Positions 39,881 to 51,940 of a DNA stretch of 64,000 nt are shown here, piece after piece. The notes beneath the pieces were generated by a model that saw only the letters and a list, made by a program, of their open reading frames with translations, was not told the DNA's origin and searched no databases. Position numbers and translations under genes: made by a program. Numbering within the stretch: the first letter of the stretch is position 1; the number at the start of each line of letters is the position of its first letter. Source of the stretch: Laetmonice hystrix (Eukaryota); NCBI GenBank assembly GCA_965235115.1, contig OZ249441.1, positions 11,470,001 to 11,534,000 on the forward strand. The letters are read 5' to 3'.

Positions 39881-40750
39881 AGGGGCAGGAGCCGTGTTAT
39901 TTATCTAACTATAATATTTTTTTTTAACTAGCTTCCCTTATGTCACCCAGTTTGCGAATTTATGTAAATTTTGATAAGAAATCGGACGTAAACGGCAGCT
40001 GTTTCAGCACCATACAAATACTCTAGGAGACTCTGAGCCAGGGAGCGGTCGGTGTAAGACGACCACCCTTCAAAACAGTGGCCTTTAAAGATGTGCGATG
40101 TGGTCCTAGCGGCAGAGAACTCAGTGCGGATGCTTCCAGACTAGCAAATGGATTCGACGAATTAAAAGCAACTTAAAAAACTTGGGGCTGATGGGCCTGA
40201 CGAGGTCCAAAAGGGTCATACCAACTGGTCCCCTTTATATTCGGCGACACAGAGGACTGAAAGGTGTGTCAAGACGGATGGAATTCAGCCTCAATGAAAA
40301 AATACTTGGGCCAGACACTGCCTCCGTGTCTGCGATACATTATAAGGAGTGAGTGGGGTCTGGAGAAGCTGCAGACTAGCTACCAATTAACTTAGACGTC
40401 CATCTATATGCCATCCGGTCAGACTGTAAAACCAAGTAGTTCACCAGACACACCGAGCCAGGTGAAAACTGAGTCTCGATCGCGCCAACAAATCAATGGT
40501 GCGGTCTTCTCGACGGTTCCCAGTCCAGTGCGGTCTCCACGCTCCGCCTAGATCACCACACCGACGGAAACCTGAACAGTGATGATTCTGACATGACATC
40601 ACTGTAATTTTAATCTTCTCCGAGTCTCTAATCTGATCCATACAATCGACATGACGACTGGTTATCACGTTGATTCATCCCTGGGTTCAGTAGCGGATCG
40701 ATGGCCCGTCGGGAAGGTCAGCCAAGGACGAGCAGAGACAGGGATTATGA

Positions 40751-41303
40751 CCGGCAGTGGCCCCACTGCACCTGCCAGTGGGGGCCACTGCCGGGTCTTA
40801 TAGAGTGGGGGGCCACTACCAGATGTACACAGCAGGAGACTCAATAGGGGACCACTGCCGGGTCTTATAGAGTGGGGGACCACTGCCGGGTGTTACAGAG
40901 TGGGGGGACCACTGCCGGGTGTTACAGAGTGGGGGACCACTGCCGGGTGTTACAGAGTGGGGGACCACTGCCGGGTGTTACAGAGTGGGGGGACCACTGC
41001 CGGGTGTTACAGAGTGGGGGGACCACTGCCGGGTGTTACAGAGTGGGGGGACCACTGCCGGGTGTTACAGAGTGGGGGGACCACTGCCGGGTGTTACAGA
41101 GCGGGGGGACCACTGCCGGGTGTTACAGAGCGGGGGGACCACTGCCGGGTGTTACAGAGTGGGGGGACCACTGCCGGGTGTTACAGAGTGGGGGGACCAC
41201 TGCCGGGTGTTACAGAGTGGGGGGACCACTGCCAGATGATAGACGACAGTGGTGGGGGGGGGACAGATGTACAGAGCAGGAGACTCAATGGGGGACCACT
41301 GCC
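40751..41303. repeat. G-rich tandem repeat, 28-29-bp unit
   Basis: (ggggggaccactgccgggtgttacagagt)n with a variable G run; explains ORFs in 40872-41358. Confidence 0.95.
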
Positions 41304-41934
41304 GTATAATGAAGAATGGGGGACAGAGAGCTGCGGCATGATGGCGGGGGAAGGATGAGATCAGTGCCGGATCCAGTGGACAGCCGCTCTGGATGGTCTG
41401 AAGTGGATGATCCTAGCGAGAGATGTAGATACTAGCAGATAAACCAGAGTTAGTGAACGCTGTCTGGTGGCCCAGTGGACGACGGCCGTGCTGGCTAACG
41501 TCAGGTGAAGGATCACTAGAGATCACTGCCGGACGATGCAGTCAGGATCACGTACTACCCGATAAATCAGAATCAAAAACTCAGCAGCTGGAGGAACAAT
41601 TTGGTCATTGCAGGCAGTGGGGCGGGTTTCAGGCCAACAAGTGCTTGTGACTGCATACAGTCCCAACAGATTGTCGCTCCAACGGGAGCTGGACTGGGTG
41701 GACTGTGTTGGACCGCCGCCGCCGGCGTCCCCCCCCCCCCCCCCCCACCCACATCCAGGGCCCGCCAGCATACAATGCCCAGCCGCCCACCGTTCATAAC
41801 GCCCCCGGGTATACTAGCGTTCGCACGTCTGGTGTAAGCCGAGGGAAACACCAATATGGATCACACCCACGTGTGTGTGCCAAGTTCCACTTCAGTGAAC
41901 ACCCAGGCAAAAACCACACACCAAGGAATGGGTG

Positions 41935-42088
41935 CACACACGGGCCACACGGCCCACACATGGGCCACACGGCCCACACACGGGCCACACGGCCCACACA
42001 CGGCCCATACACAGGCCACACGGGCCACACGGCCCACACACGGGCCACACGGGTCACACACGGGCCACTCGGCCCACACGGCCCACAT
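41935..42088. repeat. Low-complexity array of about 9-bp units
   Basis: cacacgggc/cacacggcc units. Confidence 0.9.
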
Positions 42089-42232
42089 ACAACATATTCA
42101 CTGATAAGCAATGAGGTATACAAGGTTCTTCTGTTTCCGATACTCAACGCTAAGTGTTCGTTAGTTGAATAAATTTTGCTGTTACCCTAATTAAAACGTT
42201 TCCGGCATTAGGTTGGGGTGGGTATTTGGGGG

Positions 42233-42468
42233 TAATTACGCCTTGCAACAGCCAGGGTCATATCACGGCGATGATGAAAGTCAGCTTTTCTTGGTGGAGG
42301 AAACTGGAGTGCCCGGAGGAAACCACAGACCTTCGGGAAGGAACTGACTGACAAACCTTTCACACATGCAAGCCTGGCCGGGGATCGAACCCGGACCGCA
42401 GCGGTGTGAGGCGATGGTCCTAGGCGTCATGAGCCAACACCTTAGACCACTCGGCCACCCGAGGCCCC
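42233..42468 (-). mobile_element. tRNA-derived SINE with a V/Meta-type central domain
   Basis: Minus strand: Pol III A box tggccgagtggtctaag (42441-42457), B box ggttcgatccc (42381-42391), then the conserved core gtggtttcctccgggcactccagtttcctccacc and tail gatatgaccctggctgttgcaaggcgtaa. No complete cloverleaf. Confidence 0.88.
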
Positions 42469-44629
42469 CTTTCTGGCATTAATACGTGGTTTCATCTTAA
42501 AGCAATGTGACGCCCTTATTTGACTGGCTCCAATAAATATCTTGGATCTACACTTACACAACATAGTTGGACCAAACTTTCTGTTGATGAACATCACCCA
42601 CAAATATCGTATAACATTTAGTTGGTAAACCGAGGCAATATGAGCCAGATACCCTGAGATCATTAATACACAGAAGAAATTTTACGTCTCAAACTGGTAA
42701 TCTATCTCCAAGTCCAAACAAGAGGTACTTCAAAGTAAAAGAGATTTAGTGCCCGGTATCCTCTAATGTTTCATTAAACGATTCTGAATATATTTTGTTT
42801 ATCTGAAATCGTAGTTATTGAAACACTTCAATCTAACATACATAAAGAAGTGGCCCCCAATAACAGATGTTTATCGTAAACCTTTGCAATAAGACAAAAA
42901 GGTTTACACCAAATCCCACTCTGGGTGTCCCGCATGAGTACACATGAAAAATATTCTACAATTCCATGAATTCCAGATGCCTCACATGCATGTGTTCGCC
43001 ACTATTTCAGCGTACTTTACTTGTGAAACATTACTTTCTGCTGTCCATCCGAGGTGCACATTGTCTAATTACCCAACGTCTGCATACAAAGTACCTAACA
43101 TTGGTGAGGAAGCCGTCGGTAAATTTTAGTCAGGTACAGGTTGTCCGCCCACATCTGTCTACAAGCGTACTTCTGGTCTTTGATGGCAGCAGAAAATATA
43201 AGACTGACGTTAGAAACTCTCTTCTTCTTTACAACTGAAGATAAACGAGATGGCATGAAATGTCTGAACATTTTTTCCATCTGCCAACAGTGGTGAGGTA
43301 GTAGGATTCGTTCAAGGGCACGTACAGTCAAAGTGTTTTAAAACACATAGAAGTATACCAGACAAACTAACCGTCGCGAGTACATGAGTATATCGTTGAG
43401 TATAGAGAACGAACGGAAAGACTGCCAACTGTTACCGCGCTCAATTGATCCTTTATCTATAGTACACTTGTGTTCAAGTTTTGGGTCGCAGATCAATTGT
43501 CTACCACGTCTACTTTTTAAAATTAAGTTTCGCCACAAACACCGCAATTATCTAGCGACACCACGCCGCCCCCACCGCCGGCCCGACCGGTGTGTGCGCT
43601 CAATGCGCTCTCCATCTCTTACCCCTGGATGCTCAATGGTCGGCGTGCCAGACCTTAAACTCGGATACCCAGGCAGGTAGACAATGTCAACCAGTGCACA
43701 ACGTGTCTGATTATAGATCGACTGTTCCAAGGTCACAGGCCCTGCAGCCACCAGCCTCGTGTCCTTGTGCCGTGATTCAGTGTTGAGGAGCCAGTAATAC
43801 AGCAATCAGCTACAGATCTATATGCCAGACACTATGCACCAAATATACATACATAATAGTTGCCACAGAAAAGCCTTTCCCAAAGGATAACATTATAGGT
43901 TGATTTCTCATTCCAGCCTCTATATACAATAGAATGTTAACAAAGGGATAATTACAGCTGGGTCAAAGCCTGCGGGCCAACTGCCAGCCACGGATTATGC
44001 CCAGTGCCGGAAACCAGAGACCTCGGCAGAATGGTTCGGGGTAAGGCTACCCGTCAATACAACTATTTGGTCATAAAAGGTTGATTGAAATGATCAGCCA
44101 GTTCCGTCAAGATCTGACTGGTGATGAAAAGCGACTGATGCATACATGGGTCAATGAATCGATGGAATCAATGCGACAGCGACCACCAAGTCAGCTATAT
44201 CTGTCCATCATTGCTTCCCATTCATTTTTATTCTGTTTTTCACATTGCACAAATCTGGCCCCGTCACATCAAGTACCGCATTAACTGGCGACAGTTACCC
44301 AAAGAAACGATACACTTTTAACATCTAAGTTGCAATAATTTTGTATTATAGGAATAATTTATTAACCGTTTAAATAATAACTCTTTGTTCGGGCAACAAT
44401 ACACCCCCGTAATATTGTGGGTCGGTTTTGTTTACAAAGCCAATCATCAGGCAGACTGTGCCTGGGTTATCTCTAAACTGACCACCAGCTCGGCTGGGTC
44501 TGGGAGCTAATCATGTCCTGAACAATATCACGTTCCGTTAAAATGTTTGATCATTGATTACTGCATGATGAGCTACTGTCTGCATGCCAAAGATATCCGT
44601 CACACTGGTTTACCATTATCACTGCAACA

Positions 44630-44846
44630 ATCAAACCAGAGTTTATCTTACAGGGTATGGGCGTACGGACAATTCTAACTTCTAAACAAAGAATTCCATC
44701 CATCAAACCAGAGTTTATCTTACAGGGTATGGGCGTACTGACAATTCTAACTTCTAAACAAAGAAATCCATCCATCAAACCAGAGTTTACCTTACTGGGT
44801 ATGGGCGTACTGACAATTCTAACTTCTAAACAAAGAATTCCATCCA
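44630..44846. repeat. Tandem repeat, 72-bp unit x3
   Basis: atcaaaccagagtttatcttacagggtatgggcgtactgacaattctaacttctaaacaaagaattccatcc. Confidence 0.95.
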
Positions 44847-45074
44847 CCAGTTAAAGTGGATCTGATATGCCGGTATCCACCCACCAACCTCCAGTGTGTG
44901 GAGAATGGATCAGATACAAGGACTGGTGCTAGAACAACTGATTGGAACTGGGAATCCTTTCATCTACTGACCTTTCAGAGGTATACAGATAAACATCTCG
45001 GAACAAAAGTGGCCTGTTTGCATTGATCCTTTGAGATGCTGAGTCAGCAGATATCAACTGGAGGATGGCGCGGC

Positions 45075-45139
45075 GGGGGTGGGGTTGGGGGTGGGGTTGG
45101 GGTTGGGGGTGGGGGTGGGGGTGGGGTGGATTGGGAGGG
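45075..45139 (+). repeat. G-tract microsatellite (GGGGT/GGGGTT)n, G-quadruplex-capable
   Basis: About 10 runs of 3-5 G separated by 1-4 nt. Confidence 0.85.
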
Positions 45140-45436
45140 TGGTATGACAGCCGGGTTCGTATTAATCTGGTTCCGGGTTCACGTTGGTTTATCTCCCTGG
45201 GCCTGCAGCTTGCAGCAGTGCTGGTATAATTCATTGATGGAAACCCCCGTCCACTATAAGCCTTCACTGATGGAAACCCCCGTCCACTATAAGCCATCCT
45301 TGAGATGAATCATACAAGTAGATGATAATACCCCGTCCACGGCCCATCAACAAACCACGTCAACATGGCCGCAGGTTGTACACAGGCATTCATTCCCTCT
45401 CCGTACACATTCAAAGGTCATCACATTATTACATAA

Positions 45437-45460
45437 TACAGGGTGTCCCAAAGAAATGTC
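45437..45460 (+). mobile_element. Possible solo left end of a Tc1/mariner-type element
   Basis: TA|CAGGGTGTCCCAAAGAAATG resembles TcMar termini; no partner inverted repeat found. Confidence 0.3.
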
Positions 45461-47269
45461 CACGCCAAACCAGGCAACCTAGGAAGCTATATCCCCCCCC
45501 CCCCCAGGTCCTGATGGGGAATCTTCTTACATGAAAAACAGTCGTTATTTCATCAAAATCAGTCAGGCGAATCAAAATCATATTTTGTGAACGGTTACGT
45601 ATAATTCTATACCTATTTACGGTAACAGCAACAGAACCTGTCTTCAGTTAAGGAGTACTTAGCTTCACTCATGAGGAGAGACTATAAACTTATTTTCGGT
45701 ATACATATAGTTCTACGCACGTTCATATCCTTCTGATTGTCCACGTCATATACAGATTCCCCAGAGGGTAAAATACTGGGTTGAAAACTATTGAGTAGGC
45801 CCTCATAAAAGTGAAATGTTTTTCCTTTTCCACCAACCTGTATAGCTGGACCTGTTCCTATTCCATATCGTAAACGATACCATAACTACACTGGAGGTAA
45901 CAACAGAAAGAAAAAAATAGAATGCCACAAATAAAGTGTTAAAAACACTAACGAAAAAAAACATATTTTGGCTCACTTTTGAGTAGATCCGGTGTTGCTA
46001 TGAGACCATATTGAAAACCATACAGTGGTTCACTGTGTTCTCAGTTTCTCTGCTTCAAATGGCACTATGTTCTGGGCAATAATAAACAGGCTATGTGTTG
46101 GTTCCTTTCCAATCATGAACGCTTATAGACAAAATGGACCAGAAAAAATATATACATCATCCTTCCTTTGTTACAAAGTCATATGCAATTTATCAAACAA
46201 ACATCAGAAGAGTGCCGGACTCATCTTCTAAACGACCGACCAACCATGCGGCCAGATAAGCAGATTTACAAGTTAGGAAAACGACTGCTTATACAGAACG
46301 ACCCATGTAAAAACATGGCGTTCTGGTGTACATCAACTACATACAAACATCGAATCCAAGCACCCACCGTCAGATCTAAGCACATTTATCACCGGGTCTC
46401 AATGCTAATCTTTCTGTCATCTCACGATTGTACATGTCAAAGGAATTTATGAGGTTTGTCTCACAAAACATTGATTAATACAGAATCTAGAACCTGGACG
46501 TCTGTGGTGGAGATAAAGGCGGTCGATTTGTTGCTGATGAAGAGCAGGACGGTGGATGACGTCCTTATGTCGGCACGTCGATGTCTAAGTCAACACCGAT
46601 AGGGATGATTCCCCGGCTGTCTGAGCTAACACCGCCCACCCCGCCGGCCTCCGGCTCCAGCACCAGACAACCGGCCGGGCCACCCGCCCCTCCCGCCCGT
46701 ACGGTGTAGGGGCCAGCGACCGCCTGCCCAGTCCCGACCACACGTTGGCCACAACTGTCTAAGAAACTGTAGCCATGAACCAGGGGGATTCTTCTTTCGT
46801 GGTGCTGTTCTTTATCTGTCCCACTATATTAACAATATAGGATTTTGACCTTCAAGTAGGCTCTTTCCCTATCCAACCATGCCCATTACTTCCATCATTT
46901 GTCCTCTGTCTCCTCTGTGTTTTTAGTGATCTGAGAAAGGCAGCCCCAGGATGATCCATTGTTTAAGGACCGTCCTTGTGATGGCATTTTTTAGACGATA
47001 GATGAAGAATAGTTTTCTCACATTCAGACAGTGCTGGGTTTCTTTTTGGAACACAGCTGGATATAATCATGCACACACCCTCAACAACGAATAAAAATAC
47101 CTATCATTACCCAGGTAGTTTAGTTTTTATTATGAGCTAATTCACTGTCATAACTACTATTATGTTTGGTCTAAGAGACGGTAGTTGCAATATTCTCAAG
47201 TCGGCAGATAATAATAGTCGACCAGGTGGAATCCTTGAAGCAAAGCTTGATGTTAGTTTGAGACGTACG

Positions 47270-47398
47270 GCTGTTTCAGTAACTACACTCATGTATTTGC
47301 CGGTGTTATCAGCTGTTTCAGTAACTACACTCATGTATTTGCCGGTGTTATCAGCTGTTTCAGTAACTACACTCATGTATTTGCCGGTGTGATCAGCT
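47270..47398. repeat. Tandem repeat, 42-bp unit x3
   Basis: ctgtttcagtaactacactcatgtatttgccggtgttatcag. Confidence 0.95.
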
Positions 47399-48228
47399 TC
47401 CGTCAGCAGCCTCTCCACACCTGAGGTCCGCTATATACACGGTAACTGGTCACACAGTCACATATCCAACTACAGTCACACCAAATAACATGAGGTAAGT
47501 CGATACTCAACCAGACCCTATCCAACCATCTCTCAACTGACCAAACAACTTTTTATCCAACATCCTGCCTTTCCATCCAATCATTCATTCAATATCCAAT
47601 TACCTTCAATCACTCTCGAGCCAACACCCCGCCACTTTAATTGAAAATCAAAAACCTTTATGGAATAGCCTCCCGTAGTCATACTGTTTATAACGAGCTG
47701 ATCTATACCTCAAACGTTCACGAGCTTTGCTGGAAAGCTGGCCCCGGGTGTATGTATTATTAAGCTTCAGATTTTATTAACGGAAAAACATTAAACGTTG
47801 ATGGAATGGCCCGACAGCAGTTCTCATTTTGGGAGCCATTCCTTGGCCTCTACACGTGAGCACGTGAGGAGGGCGACGGCTTGAAGCAAGCAGCTTATCT
47901 GTCGCCATCCATTAATAATGGTCCATTAGCGGCATCTCTCGCTCTCGTATTAAGTGACTCCTATCAACAGTGTTGTGTGGACTCTTCCCTTCTCTTAAAA
48001 CTACGGGATCAGATTTAGAACGCATGTCGTGAGGTGACCGCCGACGGCTTATATTATCTACCCCATAGCCCCCCCCCCCCCAAGTCACCCCAACCCCCCG
48101 CTGACTGAGCCAAACCAATAGTTTCCTGAAAGGGAGGAGGGAACGTTTCCTCGGCTGATGGTGTCGCAGACACAAAGCGCTATACCTGGCATGGCTCACA
48201 TCTCTCACATCATCAGCCATCAACCAAC

Positions 48229-49009
48229 ACAACTCCCGCTGACACCTACAATCTGGTGGTCGGCGGTCTATACTCAACAACCCGGCTCCTCTCACTGTAT
48301 ACCATTCAGGCTATTCACTCGGCCAGTGACAACTCCTGCCGACACCTACTATCTGGTGGTCGGTGGTCTATACTCAACAACCCGGCACCTCTCACTGTAT
48401 ACCATTCAGGTTATTCACTCGGCCAGTGACAACTCCCGCTGATCTGGTGGTCGGTGGTCTATACCCAACAACCCGGCCCCTCTCACTGTATACCATTCAG
48501 GTTATTCACTCGGCCAGTGACAACTCCTGCTGACACCTACTATCTGGTGGTCGGTGGTCTATACTCAACAACCCGGCCCCTCTCACTGTATACCATTCAG
48601 GTTATTCACTCGGCCAGTGACAACTCCCGCTGATCTGGTGGTCGGTGGTCTATACTCAACAACCCGGCCCCTCTCACTGTATACCATTCAGGCTATTCAC
48701 TCGGCCAGTGACAACTCCCGCTCACACCTACTATCTGGTGGTCGGCGGTCTATACTCAACAACCCGGCCCCTCTCACTGTATACCATTCAGGCTATTCAC
48801 TCGGCCGGTGACAACTCCCGCTGACACCTACTATCTGGTGGTCGGCGGTCTATACTCAACAACCCGGCCCCTCTCACTGTATACCATTCAGGCTATTCAC
48901 TCGGCCAGTGACAACTCCTGCCGACACCTACTATCTGGTGGTCGGCGGTCTATACTCAACAACCCGGCCCCTCTCACTGTATACCATTAAGGCTATTCAC
49001 TCGGCCAGT
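48229..49009. repeat. Tandem repeat, 100-bp unit with 91-bp deletion variants, about 8 copies
   Basis: gacacctactatctggtggtcggcggtctatactcaacaacccggcccctctcactgtataccattcagg...; short copies lack cacctacta. Confidence 0.95.
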
Positions 49010-51321
49010 TTTCACTTACAGCTCTTTCTCAATGACAACCTAGCGATAAACTTTACCAAAAAAGAACATTATTGGCACATCTGACCGCAGTAAAGAAATC
49101 TTTTCCAACTCGCTGGGTGGCTAGATAATTCATTACTCGTTTTAATGAATCATAGAGGTCTAATATTATATAGAAGAAACATGTATTATCATTTACCACC
49201 TCCCCGACAGCTGAGGTCGAGTGATGCGCACCAACCTTGACCGTGTTCATACGTCATTACATTGACTGTGACGTCACAGCTGTACCTGCCGTCCACCTTA
49301 ACGGTCTACAGTTACATCAGAGATGATGACTGGACCTCAGTGGTTAACTCTGTTTGACTCCTGCTAAAGCCCGGCTCTGATGCCGTCCCCTGGAAGTTCT
49401 GAACTGAATTATGGACGAGGACGACTGGAATGAGCAAAGTTTCACACCAAGGTAATCGAAAACAACTTCCAGGTTGGTCCATGGCCGTTCTCCGTGACGA
49501 TTCAACACCAGCAACCATTCCCTAACCTTCTCCCTTTGACAAAGGACGGGCCACAGACATTAAACCATGCACAGTGGGTTACCTCCAGACTACAGCAGAT
49601 TACATCTTGGCGACGGTCATTCACCTCTGGTCATTCAATAACTTAGTTAGGGGCCACCCTGGACGGCTCGCCTGGGTGTTTGATATTCGGCCAGCGGTCC
49701 CGTATACAATTTCATTGCCAACTACCGCCAGTCGCCGGCACCAGACAGCGGGACCTCAACTGACCGCTGCTGGTCACATATGCAACTGGTTGCCTTCCTT
49801 ATTTCGATGAGAAATGAGCAATAGTCTGGCAACCGCTGCGGGAAACGTGTAAGACTGGAAACAAATTCGTTACCAAGTAAATATGCTTTCTAGCCAGCTG
49901 TAATCATTACCAGAGGATGGGCTGCCACCGCACGATACCACCGCAAATCTACCTAGACTCGCGTCCGAGCAGCCCATCTCCTTCTGCTTTTATCGCCGCA
50001 ATCCGATCGCCGGAGACGATTCGCCGATCGTAACATCACGTCTGTCTCTTCCATAGTGTTTATAGCTGAAATCTTTACATACAGGAGGAGCTACTAATTC
50101 CAAGAGAAAGCTTACAACGATAATGGGGTATAGCCGGCTTAACTTGTCTTTTCCACAAACTACAATTAATATAACCCGTGCTATTTTTGTTTCAGAGCTT
50201 TGATGTAAACGCAATAATTATGGCGTTTCCTTCCCCTTCTTTGAGTTACAAGATGAGCTGCTGTCATGTTTTGTTCTTTAAGATGGCATCCAGAATGTTG
50301 AATATGGACATTAATTTCTGTAAGAATAATCTAATTAAGACATGCTGACAACCATCTCAGTTTGGCATCTATCATGACTTCATCCATATCAAATCACTGT
50401 CAGGCTCTTGACTCATAAACATTTGAAAGTCGGAAATTATTCAACTAACCTGGAATGACAGGAAGACAAGCTGTGGATCTGCCGACTTAACGAGGGACTT
50501 TAACTAAACTCAACACTTCACTACTTATAGAGCAATAAGAGCCTGGAGATTCTGATTGCTGTCCGGTTTTATTCCCGATTGAATTGATCCTCAGGGATTG
50601 TGTAGAATGCATGGTACCAATGTTACTGACCCAAATGTCACGTTGGACTGAAAACGGGGTCATCATACAACAAAAGGGACGACAGATTTTTCCGAGAAAT
50701 CCTATCATATCGTGTTCTATTAAATTATCTCCATTCAAATGACTGACGAGCCGTACTGCTTGTTGAGAATCTGTCTCCAAACTGCTCGGCAACTGCGACC
50801 CTTGGAATATAGGACTCATTGTCAAGGAAATCTACTCCTAAACATGACTGGTAATCTTTCTCGACAAATTACAACACGTATCTTATAGCGAATCGCAGGG
50901 ACTACATTAACAGTCATCCCTTCCTTACCATTTCCTCTCAGTACAATCTGATTGGATGGTTACCATAATCACAGTGGCTTAGGTGTCCAAGTGACAACAA
51001 CACTGACAGCACACCGGAGTTACCATGGTAACCTCTATGTAAGCATTTTGGAATATTCATTAATATCCATTAACGTAAACCCCCAGAAGGAGTTGCGTCT
51101 ACCTGACGAAAGAAACACCTTTTTCAGAGGAAAAGTAACAAGGTACATTTGATCAATTATGTAAATATTTGAGGTTATAATCCTGGATCAAACACCTCCA
51201 AGATTGAGTAAATCCACTTGATAAATTAACACAGATATTCGCTTAGCCGACTCTTCATACCAAGTGCAATTGAAGCAGTCCGACCAATTTCATGACCCAG
51301 TTCTGGGAGTGCATGAATGCC

Positions 51322-51940
51322 GGTTGGTAATGACGAGAGTAGTATGAGATATAAGTACATTGTAGTATGTTCATGTGCTCGCATATAGCCAGTACTCCCT
51401 TTCACAAGTCGCTATGGCCGGGTCTCGCTTTCATACAAGTGCCGCGAACATTCATATTGACGAGAGTAGTATGAGATATAAGTAGTATGTTCATGTGCTC
51501 GCATATAGCCAGTACTCCCTTTCACAAGTCTCTATGGCCGGGTCTCGCTTTCATACAAGTGCCGCGAACGTTGGTATTGACGAGAGTAGTATGAGATATA
51601 AGTAGTATGTTCATGTGCTCGCATATAGCCAGTACTCCCTTTCACAAGTCGGAATTGTCAGGTTTCTCTTTCATACAAGTGCCGCGAACGTTGGTATTGA
51701 CGAGAGTAGTATGAGATATAAGTAGTATGTTCATGTGCTCGCATATAGCCAGTACTCCCTTTCACAAGTCGGAATTGTCAGGTTTCTTTTTCATACTAAG
51801 TGCCGCGAACGTTGGTAATGACGAGAGTAGTATGAGTTATAAGTAAGTTAGTATGTTCATGTGCTCGCATATAGCCAGTACACATGTACTCCCTTTCACA
51901 AGTCGCTATGGCCGGGTTTCTCATACAAGTGCCGCGAACA
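51322..51940. repeat. Tandem repeat, about 120-bp unit x5
   Basis: Lines starting 51481, 51601 and 51721 are in register (agtagtatgttcatgtgctcgcatatagcc...). Confidence 0.95.

Noticed and set aside
42381-42468. tRNA gene
   Set aside because: A and B boxes are present but there is no complete cloverleaf, and it continues into a SINE core.
50240-50510. Penelope-like GIY-YIG remnant (fragments SSISNHC and EDKLWICRL)
   Set aside because: Fragments are short, in different frames and full of stops; needs tBLASTx to be supportable.
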